From Ptychomitrium polyphyllum (Eukaryota): a stretch of 64,000 bases of DNA. The stretch lies in NCBI GenBank assembly GCA_973851085.1, contig OZ316776.1, positions 3,472,001 through 3,536,000 on the forward strand, written 5' to 3'. Made by a program: the position numbers and the translations under genes. Of the stretch, positions 25,251-38,560 are shown in pieces (within the stretch, counting starts at the first letter, position 1; each line of letters opens with the position of its first letter). The notes below the pieces were generated by a model. The model was not told where the DNA came from, did no database searches, and saw only the letters and a program-made list of their open reading frames with translations.

Positions 25251-28200
25251 TCATGGGCTTGTCACTTCATTTGATGGGGTGGTGTTACTCAACTGCAGGC
25301 GGTCCTTGTACATAGAAACCCACCTGACAACCTGTCCTGTTTCCGCGTGCAATTGTGCTGGGCCGAACTCCTTACTTAGTGGAGAAAACGGAATTCCAAG
25401 GTCCTTCACAACTTCCTCGACTATTTGCCTAACCACCCCGGATCCTCTACCTTTCCCTGAATACGACTTTAAGACACTGGTGCTATCCTTTCTACCACCA
25501 GTAATAAGTGCTAATCTTGGTGCAACCACTGGGCATGCTGCAGTTCGCTCAGCAACTTCTTCTAGCCAATGTAGAAGGGCTACGTGCGAAGCTCCCTTTG
25601 AGAGACGTCGCAGGTCCAGAGACCACGCATCCTCGTCGTACTGTGGACGTGGGTAATTCTCCACTATTTCCCGGGCATTCAAAAATACAGCTTTTGCCCG
25701 CAATCGCAAACGCCGTGCCCACAGTGCATCAATCAAGGCATTGTAGAATGATACATTTGTCTCCAGATCCTTCGTCGATGTAAAACGTTTGAAGAAGGCT
25801 GATGCCTCTTGAACGGCAGGATCTACTTCCATTGTACTCAAGGAGGCGGTTTCACCAGTTTCGTCAGTTTGTAATGGGTGGAAATCAGATCTAACGGCAT
25901 CACTTGAGGGTGGCCCAAATAATAGCCGGTAGGCTATTTGACACAGCTCAAATGGGCTGTTTTCTATTGCCCTGGCCAGTTTCTCGAAAACTCTGTCATC
26001 TCGTTCGCCACATGCTGAAATTAATGTTCCATATGAAGCTGCATCAGGTTCTATTCCTTTCCTCCCCATCTCTTCTAGAACTGGTGCTGCATGGGAATAC
26101 CACCGACCTTTGATGTACAGATGGAGCATTGCCCCATAAATAGCTCTATTGATCGGGCTTTGTGAAGCCGCCAAGCATATCTGGAGGAGGCAAAAACAGG
26201 AGGTTCAAAAACAGATTAGATGATAATAATTTCAAATAAGAGCAACATTGTTGCACAACTAGATTTATCTGATTTCTGAAAAGGATCAGGGTTGTTTTCA
26301 TTCTGAACTGCAGAACACTGCACAAGCTGCATAAATAAAGGAGTAAGATTTCGATATATTAGTCGAGCATGATAATTACCTCGTGACCGTATCTTGTCCA
26401 GCCACGCCTTGCACATGCATGGATCATGGTAGCATAGGTGTGACCAGTTGGCTCCACTCGATCATCTAACATTCTTCGGTAGAGCTCATCAGCTTTTTCA
26501 TACCGACCAGCTTGGGCGACAGCGCTAATTAGAGATGTGTACGTGACTGCATTAGGGCGGTACCGACAGTCGATAAGGTCTACATACGACTGCATCGCTT
26601 CCTCATCTCGACCTGACTTGCCGCATGCATCGATTATCATATTAAAGGCTACTAACGATGGCTTCATATTCTGTACAACATACGAAAAAATATCAAATGA
26701 GCTTCCAAATTTCTTCTAAGTGAATGACTTCAGTAAGGGTTGCAATATTGTACGTATTATCCATCCTATCTATTCATCAAGTTTACAACATACGGATATT
26801 GTCAATATCTTAGCGCTTCTGACTAGATTTATAACTAACAACGTTTCGGTCATTGATAAAATTCTAACGAAAGGAAATGCAGTTCTTGCCAGCTTGTATT
26901 CGCGAAAGACACTGAGAGCTTGATCAGTTTTGCCGGCTCGGCAGTATGAAAGCAGCAAGGCATCAAATGCACCACCTTTGGTCTCCACCCCCGCCTCTCG
27001 CATTTGCTGAAAGAGGTCCTCCACCGCTTCGAAACGTCCTCCTCTTGCATGAAGTTGCATCAGTTTTACCCAAACCTAGTCAGCACAAAGCAACAATTAA
27101 CAAATATTAAGCGTATCTACGATAGTATATATGTCATCATAGGTACCCTGCTCACTACGTGGGTGGCCCCTGCAATACCTCTAGAACAAGCCTTAGACAC
27201 ATAAGAGTCTAGACATGAACAAGTGCATCAAGCCTTTGTAGTGGTGATAGCTATCTTTCACTGGCTCAGAGAGAACATAATGTCATTCCTTGTTCAATTA
27301 TAGTTTCCCTTATGCTCTTCATGGGTATGGACGATTATCCATGATTAAATTGCGTAACTCTCTGGAAACTCGATGAACAGACACTATCGAATACCCTACA
27401 GTTTATGCTCCTACAACTGCGTCAAAAACTTAATGAATAAACTGCAGATCACCGATTTATGGAACTTCTATAGAGATCTGGAAAGGTGAGACTCAGGTAC
27501 AGATTTCATTGCCGATGTGGAGTCAATCACAATTATGTGATTACTATCAAGAAAGAAGTCCCAATAATGCGGCACTTGAAACACATACGTCTGTTGTTAC
27601 AAATTACGGTTACCCCAAGTCGAGTATGTACAACCATGAATGTGCAACCACGGATTATGAGGAAGTGGAGAAATAAAATTCATACCTTGGGATCTATATT
27701 GTGATTGGCTGCTTTCATGTCTTGGAAAAGAAGGTCCGCATCATCCTGCTTGTTTGCATTCCAACATGCTGTCATTAGGTCTGACAATGTTCTGTATGCC
27801 ACCATAATGTTACTGGCACGCACCCCTTGTAAAAGTCGAATCGCCTTCTCCACTTGAGGTTTCTCTCCAGTCAAGTAAGAAGCAATCACCTACACCATAC
27901 ACAGGCAACTAAATTATTGTCCCTCTGGTGCATTCGTACCCACTCAAACAACAAAATCTTCATGCCGAAACCCGCGTAATAAATAAAAATAAGGAATCGA
28001 CATAAATACTGGGCCTACCTAACGAAATTTCATTACATAGAGCAGTGTTGTTGGAAACACATTAAATAAAAGAAGGACGTTCAAATGCATACCCTTTCAT
28101 AAGTAGCAGCGTCAGGTTCAACTCCAAGCCTATCCATTTGAAACAACACCCGAGAAGCCAGGTGAACAAATCCTTTATTTCCATAACCCCTTATAATTGA

Positions 28201-29254
28201 GTTGAAGAAATGAGTGTCTGGATCTACTCCAATGCATCTCATCTCTGCAACAAGTGCCTCAATTTCTGCTTCCCTCCCATGCTTGGCAAGTACTCCTACA
28301 ACTCCCGTATATACCTTCAGCAACATATATGCCCTCTCTCTGCAAACGATTTTCATATAATAGATTGGTTAAAAGCAGCTCACAAAAGAGCCAGTGATAT
28401 TGTCACAAACTGCTCAGAAACAAACCTTAGAATCTTTGTTTCAAAGCAGTTAAGTTTGCTTACTTATCATCCTGGTTGCCTAACGGAACAGGTTGCACTG
28501 CGAAGACGCTCTTCTCTTTCAAAAAGTCAAGAATGCGAAGGACTAATTCCCAATCAACATCTCCCGTCTGTATCAATAGCTTGTTCCATTCTTGGGGCGT
28601 AAATTTTTCTATCAACGGTGCTAAGGTATTCTCAACGTCCTTGCCCTTCAGTAATGCTGCAATGACCTCCACAAGCTCATGTCTACACGAAATGACTCGT
28701 CTACTTCTGCTAGAATCCATTTGCACATGCCCTTTCTGCTGATCACGTTGTCAAATCTCTTGTGTTAGTCACACAATGCAGAAGATTTCAACAAAACTAA
28801 GCACGCATCTATACAATTTAGTCCTAGAAGAGTTCAGCTGAAGCAAACTGCATCACGAAAACATTCAGTTGGTCAAATACAGAGATAAATTTACAATCTA
28901 AGTTGAGAAACACAGAACGTTCTTTAGGCAGAAATTATTCAAAAGAAATTTAGTAACAACAGCTTTAGGTACACAATAACACGAAGCACCAGCACCCACC
29001 TCGACATCATTTGCCACCACAATTCCATCTAGTGAGGCTCCAGCTAACCCTCTTATGGTAAAATTGAAGAAAGAACCGGCCGAAGAAGGTGATGCGCTGA
29101 AAACAAGGAGCCTCGGAGTGAGAGAAGAAAAAACAACACACTGATATCCATGTGGCTGGCAGAGACCTGCAGCTGGGACGCTGCCACTCAGAGTACCACA
29201 ATGCGAGGGAACTGTCTTGTTTAGGAGACCTGCGGAGGCCCCTGCTAGTATCAT
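25251..29254 (-). CDS. P-class pentatricopeptide repeat protein with C-terminal SMR domain (likely organellar)
   Basis: Tandem PPR motifs (PDTHFFNSIIRGYGNKG, PSLVAFNMIIDACGKSG, PNAVTYTSLISAVAQAG, PTGHTYATMIHACARRG, PDAASYGTLISACG). SMR motifs WSLDLRRLSKGASHVALLHWL and LITGGRKDS. Ser-rich N-terminal exon resembles a transit peptide. Start codon is tentative. Confidence 0.9.
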
Positions 29255-30483
29255 TTGGTCAAATTTCCTAAACCAAATTCAAAAATAATCTGTTCAATGC
29301 ACCATCCAAGAGTATCAGGAACAGCCAACTTGAGCACAAAGATATTTCGTTTGTTCGCAGCACTAAAACACATCCACAAAGTTCCAGCAGCTCAGACCGT
29401 GCAGAAATGCCTCCTACAAAAACCTAAAATTACGTCTTTCATAATGAAATGAGTTCGAGCCCGCCCCTGGACCCCAATACCAATCTGGTCACAGTCTGAG
29501 TCTTGAAACATAACTTCTAAGTAGCCGCAATCCCAGAGCAATCTCGACCGCCCCGAAAACACCAAAAGCATTTCGAGAAAACACATGTAACCCGAAATCT
29601 GTCGTTTGCAGATACCCGTTCCAAGACCAACTTAACCCCTACTTCGCAAAATTGGAAACAGGACGCTCAGCATCTCACAACAAAACTGACCGCGAGAAGC
29701 CTGGTGCCAACCACGTTCGCCTCAACAACCTTCGTCTCCAAAAATTCACCAGAACCCAGTAGTTCCAGACAGCAAGCGAAAAATGTCTTCAGCATCCCAT
29801 GACCCAGAACCTCAAAACCCAAGCACCCTCTCACTGAAACAAATCATCGCCATAGACGTAAAAACCTCTACCGGAACAATCCTCCGCCTAAAACTAGCGG
29901 CTTTGACGCTCACCACTTGCACATTGTCTGTCACTCACTCACTCCCAGAAAGCCGAATCTCATAGAATTGAGCGAATTGCGAGTGAGCAAACGATGATAA
30001 GACATAGATTCGGCAGCGAGGTGAGCATTAAGCCCTTATCCTAGCCTGCCTTACTCTCCAAACAAAAAAGCGAATGCAGCTGCAGCAAGACCACCCTCAC
30101 AGGACAATTCAAAACTCGGAAGAACCCACAACAAAGGTGACCCTCAATCTCCCGGCAAAGCTGGAAAAAGCGCGACTCATCTCGCAAAGAGCTCGTTAAG
30201 TGACGGCAGCAACAGCAGCACAGAAGTAAGCGCACAAAAGCCACTCGCAGTCTGGAGAAGAGAGAACGAGCAGTACTGAGCAGCCTGCGAATTCACCCAC
30301 AGTGTCCTCAACGGCGCACCAGACGCCCTCACACTCCAGCCTTAGAATGCTTCCACGTACGTATCAATGTACCATTCTCCATTGAAGACGTGCACTGCGT
30401 GGTGCCGCTTTGGTGCTGCTTTGGTGCTGCGTAGTGCAAAGTTGGCAAATTCTCAACACAAAGTAGGATAAGTCAGACACGTC

Positions 30484-30530
30484 ACAGACAGACACAAACA
30501 GAGAGACAGACAGAGAAACAGACAGAGACA
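30484..30530. repeat. (GACA/GAGACA)n simple repeat
   Basis: acagacagacacaaacagagagacagacagagaaacagacagagaca read directly. Confidence 0.7.
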
Positions 30531-31843
30531 ACAGGCTAGGTGAGGAACGGAAAGTGGACGCCGGGTGTGAAGTGTGGCGCAGTCTACAAGGCGAGTGCAG
30601 GATGCGCGACCGGGGAGCAGATAAGCCTGCGCTCCCCCCGCAGTAGCATTACCTTCATCCCCCCGTTGCTCCTTTCTGTCCAACAGCCACCTCCTCTCCC
30701 CTCCCCTCCTCTCCTCTCCCCTCATCCCATGGCCATGCTCGGCCGTTTCTCTTCCCGGCAGCGTGCCTCTGCAAGCTCCACCATGCAGTGCGCCTCGTCT
30801 TTTGACACCGTGAATCTCGAATCTCCCACAAAATGCAACGCTCTCTCTTTCTCGCTCTCTCTCTCTATCTCTTCACGTGAAAGAGTGCTCGTCTCCTCTG
30901 GCCTTGCAGGAGTGTCCCCTTTCATGGATGACTACACCCCAAGTTTTTCCACAAAGGGCCATGTTTTCTGTGAGTGGACAACAATGCAACTTTGCTACCA
31001 ATATGAACACGAACATGAATTTAGGACACAGCTACAAAGTCCCAGTGTCTTGTGTCAACACAAAAAATCAGTAACAAAATTTCTCTAGCAGATGAAAACT
31101 CCCTACAGAAAGGATTTCCTCTTCGAAATGTACGAATCACAACATTAAACGTCACCTACAAGTCATACAAAGCAACCAGGACAGTGCGACTTAGACTCAA
31201 CCATCATATCTGATGCATGAAGACAACTTGTTTGGCATAGCATCAACTTTATGAAAAGAAACCTGAGAAATAAATGGGAATGTGTATTTGTGAAGCTCAT
31301 TATAGCTCCGTGTTCAAAACCGTTGATTTTGACAGTCTAATCCCTATATCTTACTGAACTAAAGTGAGGAATGAATGTGCCAATCTCACATGAAACGTAA
31401 AATAACTCCAATCACAATGATACATACAAAAGGTACATCGAAAAAACCAGGCAGTACTAAAATACTACCACCAATTTGGAACCAATAGATCAGAACCAAT
31501 CCAGTGGAGAGCTGTTTGTGTTAATAGCTTGCTAGTCAATTGCAGTACTCCTGCAATTTCTCTGTCCCGTAAGTACAACAACTAACTCAGCAGCAAGGCA
31601 TTTTCCTTGAAAGAAGAGTTTATAACTTCACTAAAATGAAGTACTGCTCTTTGAAAAAATAGACCAACCTTTGCTGCTTTCATTAGAACTCTGTAACTCC
31701 GTTCACAATCGAAACTGTAAAAATCAGCACCTTGTTGTATCTTATAAAATACTTTAAGAGGCCTGCAACAAAAGGTTTACAGCATGTCTAGAAGTTAAAC
31801 CGCTACCAACTCAACATGAGCGAAAAAAATGTGCTGTAAATCT

Positions 31844-34800
31844 TCAATTGTCCAGGAAGAGCGGTGCCATAACCAATGTGATAGTAGCAAGCATCTTAAT
31901 AAGCACATGGAGAGAAGGCCCAGCAGTATCTTTGAATGGATCTCCAACTCTGCAACCCAAAAGTACATTTGATCAGCTCTCATGTTGAAGGGAAGGATGC
32001 AGCTTGAGATTAAGCCTACTTTGTTGCTTAAAAAAGCAAGCGATTTTAAGACAAATTGTTCCGTGTTTAACAATTTACAAGTACATGCAAAACTCTAGGA
32101 TAGAGATTAAAAGGATTAAAAAGGAATATCACAGAATAAAACAAGACTTAACTGTAATTCTTTCAAGTTGCCAAAAACCATACTAGGTATGCAAACAACA
32201 CTCACGAAAAAAACACCTGAACATTGAACTCTACGATAAAACTATTTGAGATTGACTTACGTATCACCAGTAACTGCAGCTTTATGGGCATCGCTTCCCT
32301 TCCCACCATAAAACCCACTTTCAATGTATTTCTTAGCGTTATCCCAAGCTCCTCCTGCAGTGTTGAGAAAGAGGGCCATCAAGATACCCGAGACCGTTGC
32401 AAACATGAGCATGCCAGCCACAGCCTTGGCTCCCAGCAGTGGTTGATCTGTAGCCTGCCCAATAAGCCTAAAAACAATACCTGTGCAATCACAATATCAG
32501 GATCCCTTGTCAGCAATTCATCAGTGAGAATACGAAAGGACCAAGAGGGGTGACTACTCAAGAACATAAAGGCCCAAAACAGGAAAAATAGCCCAAACTA
32601 CCCGCTATAGACGTTGTACTCGAACATACAAGCGAGGGAAATGGGAACAAAACTGACTCCCGTCATTAATCTCACTTGATAACCAATTGCTGAACAACAT
32701 CATAAGCCATTACCTATAGCAATGGGAGAGATGACTGCCAGAGCTCCTGGTTTAATCATCTCGCGGAGAGACGCAGACGCAACAATTGACACACACCGAG
32801 CATAGTCCGGCTTTTCTTGGTAAGTCTGCAAGTCGCACCCAGTTTGCTATCAGCATAAAAACACGGGAGCTCCACATCAGGCTTCTCCAAAATGTGAAAT
32901 CCTAAAGTTCCTGTAATGTGTACTGGAAGAACAGTTGTCAATTACCAGTAGTGAATCCTCACCATGATACCAGGCCGCTCAGCAAACTGCCTGCGAACTT
33001 CACTAACTACTTCTTGAGCGGTTCGGCCCACAGCAGCACATGCCCAAGCACTGAACAAAAAAATGAGCATGGATCCCAGCAGGCCTCCTACAAACACTTC
33101 TGGAATTGCAATATCAACCTGAGTTCACAAACAACAAGAATTTTAAGAACTACAGGGGTATCAAGTCACGTTGAAAAGATGGACAAGTGTTCAATACATT
33201 ACGGTGGTGGACAGAACTTGTCGACTGCTAACTTATTAACTATTTGAAGCCTGAGTTACCCTAGTCTCACGGGTACGTCTTCAGCCTTAGTAAGATTCTA
33301 TTGTAACGAGCATAACAGTCTTCAAAAAATATCAGTTTGAGTTCCTAAAAACACACTTGACGTGACAACGCTTGATACAATTCCAAAACATTTTGACGTA
33401 TATAATAACCAGAAAACCTCTAATTCCAAACAGGCAGTTAACACAACTGTAGTACCGTGGTGAAGGGAACGCCAGAGAACGAAGACACCTCATCCATGTA
33501 AGCGCTGAAGAGAAGAAATGAAGCCAAGGCGGCTGAGCCAATAGCAAAACCCTTGGTTGTTGCTTTAGTGGTGTTGCCAACAGCATCCAGCAAGTCCGTG
33601 ATCTCCCGAACACTTTCTGGCTGCAGATAGTAGGTCCAAAGCACCCATCGAAGGCAGATCCCAAAAAAAGTAGGATCATCAAATCATTCATGACCAAAAT
33701 CATACAATCACTGATCAAGATAGGGACTACACACATGAACACTCTTACCTGTTGACTCATTTCAACAATGCCTCCAGCATTGTCCGCGATGGGTCCAAAC
33801 ATGTCCATCGTCAACACATAGCCAGCAGTACTGAGCATGCCCATAGTTGCTACGGCTGTTCCAAAGAGCCCTCCAGTTGGTAAACCCTTACTGTCCTGAA
33901 GCCCGGAGGTCTTTCCGAGCCAGTACGCAGTCACGATGGATACACTGATGACAAGAACCGGCATTGCCGTTGACTCAAGCCCAAGCCCCACACCTGCCTC
34001 AGAAAGCAAATAGCTTGATTAAACATCCTTACAATTAAATCATTAGTATTCTTAGGCTGTTATTATTGTTATTCGCCAATAGCAATGCAAGCATTACCAC
34101 CGAAAGAACCTATAAGCCAACATTCCTCTGTCTCAACAACATCTCATCATCCCAAAAAAGCTGAGAAAATTTTGTTCCTAAATTGATGTACAAAAAGAAC
34201 GAATGCCAGGACTAACTGCAAAGTAGGTCTTTACTCAATCATTGTTTAGTATGATATATCTACACGTTCATAACCTAACAATCAACCACTGAGATATCTG
34301 TACACTTTTGAACAAATGTGACAAAAAAACCAACCTGCAATTATGTTGGTTCCGTGACCCGTTGTACTTGACAAGGCCACCTGACGAACTGGATCATACT
34401 TGTAATCGGTATAGTATTGAGAGATCCAGACAAAACAATATGCAGTAATGATACCAACCAGCCCACAAAGAGCAAAATGAAACCAAGCCGAAGGGGCTTG
34501 TTCGGTGTAAAGAAGCCATCTTGTTGACTGTATGGTTCAAAAAATTGAGAATCAGAGGACGTAAAATATGTCACTCGTAAATGAATGTTTACAACAAGCA
34601 ATATCCTGAATACTAATCTCCACGATCTAACAAGAAGCTGAGAACACTTCAAAGCCGATTGATGCATATAAGTTGAAGGCTATAAAAGCATCCAACAAGA
34701 GACGAAAAGTCAAGAAGTACTTACTCCTCCAAATGCTAACACCGCCAAAAAGAGCGTTACAGAATAACCCTTTTGTAAAATGACCATGGGGTCTTCAAGA

Positions 34801-37285
34801 ATTGACTTTGAGCTAGGATCCCGAGTGCTTTTTATTGAAGCAATTCCAATTGCAGATACAACCAAGTCAAATGAATGTACAACCAGAGGGAAGAGGATGA
34901 ACCCAGATGGATCTGAAATGCAGCCAGACAAGGAAAATTTAGTAGTGCATTGACCAAAACAAGTGAGGGAAAAAAAAGGCAGGAGAGAATGTAGTGTCCT
35001 GAACATCTACAGACAACATAATAAAGACACTGACCTTCTAGTTTGCAGCGTTTGGCCATTGTGCCACCAAGAATCATGGCACTAATGATTTCAGCTGCAA
35101 TACTTTCAAACAAATCGGCACCACGTGCAGCGCAATCTCCCACATTGTCCCCAACCTGCCCCAAAGTGCAGGCTTCAGAAACTAGAACACAAGAAGAGGT
35201 TTGGTACTCATATGTGAAAGATTTCAGCGCGTGACTGAACGCTACATCTAAATTCAATCTACAAAATCAGAATTAAAGATCTACAGGCGCAAAACATCAC
35301 AAATTTCAGCATACCAGATCAGCAATTACGGCAGGATTCCTTGCATCATCTTCAGGGATCCCTTGCTCCACCTTTCCCACCAGATCTGCACCCACGTCTG
35401 CGGCTTTTGTGTATATGCCTCCTCCTAGTTGTGCAAATAGTGCAACAAAGGAAGCACCAAAACCATAACCAACCAGCAGTAGAGGCACTGTTGCAACAGG
35501 AAAAACATCATTATTACACAAATAACTAATCCCTGGAGGCAAGCTAGAGAATCTGAGCCTAATTCGATCAACGACTCATAACATAGTAAATGAATGCACA
35601 AAATCAAATGAAAAAGTAGTAACAACTCACACTCAGTCATCTTCATGTTATCGACAGTATCAACACCGAGGAGAACATAAAAGGATGCAAAAAGCACTGC
35701 CACCCCCATCACTGTCATGCCAACCACGATGAGAGCTGAAAAGCCTCCAGCACGCACGGCCACCTGCCATTGCCAGAATGAACACATATTATGTCATGTG
35801 TGTTTAGTCACATTGCACAATCTAGTACATCTGGGTTAAGTGCTGAACGAAATCTTCTGTTCACATGTCCGAAATTCAGCAGCAAAGAATTTGGATGTCT
35901 GTATTTGTTCATTCACCAGCAGCACATAAAAATATCCCATCAACCTAGAAGTAATGAACAGCAGAGTTAGAAATACGCACCAGTAGGGCCTCTCGTGCAG
36001 AGCGCCGAGCGGCACTAGATACACGCACATTGGCTCGTACCGACACCCACATACCGATATAGCCAGCAATACCCGAACATAGAGCTCCTAAAAGGAAGGA
36101 TAGGACCGTGATAAAAGCTAGTGTTGACCTGCAAGAATCAGAACATAAAGTACAATGAAAAGCTGTTCTCAACAAGAATCACACAAAAATGGCCAGCTCT
36201 GAATGCAGCAGTTTCTAGCATCACAACTAGATTCCTATACTATCGGTCTAACTTAAATCTGATGATGTATCTTCAAATGATACGCAGGTAAACTTCTGAA
36301 TATGAAACAAAAGCCTACTTACTTCTCAAGTCCAGCAGCATCTTGCTCCGGGGTAGATTTTCGAAACATGTAGATCCCAAGAATGATGAAAGCCAAAACT
36401 CCTGCCATCCTAGAAATTGATCCATATTGTGTGCGAAAGAAACCCTCTGCTCCATCTCGGATTGCATCGGATATCTGCGTCCATAACCCTTCCTTAGCAC
36501 AACTGGCTGCCAAGTGATTGTTCGGGATCGCTACCAAAGAATCAAGATGTCCAACTTCTCTGCCCCGTCTCTTTCCGTACTCAGAATCAAGTCCTAAACA
36601 AGTACAAGCGTTGTACGAATCGCAAGTTCAACACTCTCCTCAACAGTCTATGTAATACTACGTAATTGGACTAAGGTACTAAAGGAAGCATAAAATCGAA
36701 CGGATGAAAGCATTGGTAAGTGTAACACAGAAATGTATCAAGGGTGATCACGCTACCTCACTCATTTCCGGAGGTCCTTCATCCTTTGCAAGAACCCAAT
36801 TTGCAAGGTAAACTGCATACAGCAAACTTCCCGTACATATTATGAAGACAAACAAGATGATCGGAGAGCTTCGTGATCCAATGTAGAGCAACGAGAAAAT
36901 AGTAAGTAGAGCAAGCAGGTAGTAGACGCGTCTGTCCAGTCTGAGAGCCGTCCGCACAAGCTGCAGTGAAAAAAACAAGTTAGTGCACGTGCTTTGCATT
37001 GAAAACCTTAACAATGCACTGTCAGGATATCGCAATATTATTCAAAACGTCCTGTTAAAGATGTTGAATATTAAACCGAGATGAGGACAATTGTCGGCAA
37101 ACAACTGTCAACATTGCTGCATTACAAATTGGTTATAGTGTAGCAGTATATGCTGTGATTAGAGAAGTGCGTACCCAAAAAGGCTTGTTTTTCAACGACG
37201 AGAAGGTTTTTGATTTCTCCTGATATGACCCCAACAGCGCATGTTCCACATCCATCCTATGATCATCATCCATAACCCCCATCAT
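31844..37285 (-). CDS. VHP2: Type II (K+-independent) proton-pumping pyrophosphatase, AVP2/VHP2-like, multi-exon
   Basis: N-terminus [116 protein letters not shown] (Lys at the K+-dependence position, i.e. type II); [27 protein letters not shown]; stop at 31844-31846. Confidence 0.97.
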
Positions 37286-38470
37286 ATTATTACCCAACGA
37301 AAATCTGCGCGCAAGTTGAGGATTGGGGGCCTCTCCCCCCAGCGTGAGATCCAGCGCGATGAGCCCTCGACCCTGAATCGCAACCTCTGCAAATCAAAAC
37401 TCCTGCACACACACCGCAATCCGTCTTGTCTCCTTTCCCACACTTCCCACCAGCTCAAGATAATTGGCTGCAATTCCCGTCTCACAAACTCCTCCAACTC
37501 ATCCGCTCCCGGATAAAATACAAAACTCAACGCATCCCCGCACTCGATGGCACCTGAAAGCTCCTCCTTCCTGAACACCAACAGAGGACGCCATCCTCAC
37601 GTGAACATCATACCAAAACCAAAAACAGATGTAACTACACCCTCTTACCAACCACCACAGAGAAAAATCCCATAAAAACACACTCCAACACAATGTCACC
37701 CCAAAGAAAAACTCTCCACTCACAACCCTACCTGACCCACAAACTACTCACCTTCCACACCGAATTCCTCCAAAAATTCAAAAACTCCTTCAAAACCTCT
37801 AAATGGAAACGACAATCAAAAACAAGATTCATCCAAACCGAAAAATCCACAACCGAAATCCGAAGATCCAGAAACATCCCCTAACCACCCACCTGTGAGC
37901 TCCACCAGATCACGCTCCCAGGCAAACCCTCATGAAAACCTCAACCATCCACCAAACTGCGCGCTTGAGGGCTCAATGGAGTCCCACGCTTGCAAGGAAC
38001 GCAACGAACGCGAGAGAATCACGAGAGAGCACCGACTGGAGCGCTCACGCAGGTCAAAGCCCGCACTGGTACTTTGGAGCTCGAGCTCGGCAACCTCACA
38101 CGGCGAGCGCCAATTCCCTCAAAGGCGAAGGTTTGAGCGAGACGACCGCTGTTGCTCCGGGTCACGGTCACCAGAGGCGTTTGTTCTGTACAAAGGCGCC
38201 CGGCGTTTCGTCCGGTGGAGTTTCTGATGGGACTCTTGCGGTCCCATGTTAAAGCTCTCGAGTTCGCTCGGACGCGTTCGCGAGCTCCCTTCTAGTTCTG
38301 TTCTCGATCCCATGCTCCCACTCGTGCGTTCCCACGTTCCATTTCATTTCTGGTCGATCATTGGTGCTTTTTCAAACACGCACGTCATAAGTATTTTTAA
38401 ATGAATGTTTTCTTTGTAATCTATTCGCGGCTGTCGGTTCGGGACACACGACCAGCATGTTGGGACTCTA

Positions 38471-38560
38471 CACCGGTATCGAGCCGGGTATTCGAGTTCC
38501 GGGTATTTGGAGTTCCGGATATTGTAGTTACGAGTGTTTGGGTTACGGGTATTGAGTTCC
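38471..38560. repeat. Degenerate ~15-bp tandem repeat (CGGGTATT[C/T]GAGTT[C/A]) about x6
   Basis: ccggtatcgagc / cgggtattcgagttc / cgggtatttggagttc / cggatattgtagtta / cgagtgtttgggtta / cgggtattgagttc. Confidence 0.7.

Noticed and set aside
30540..31088. 182-aa plus-strand ORF (and overlapping 30453-30925 minus ORFs)
   Set aside because: Built on CT/GA microsatellites and low-complexity leader-like sequence; no recognisable domain.
36466..36474. ATATCC on the minus strand in the H+-PPase gene as a U12 donor
   Set aside because: It is the coding start of an exon (Ile-Ser-Asp) after a normal CAG acceptor.
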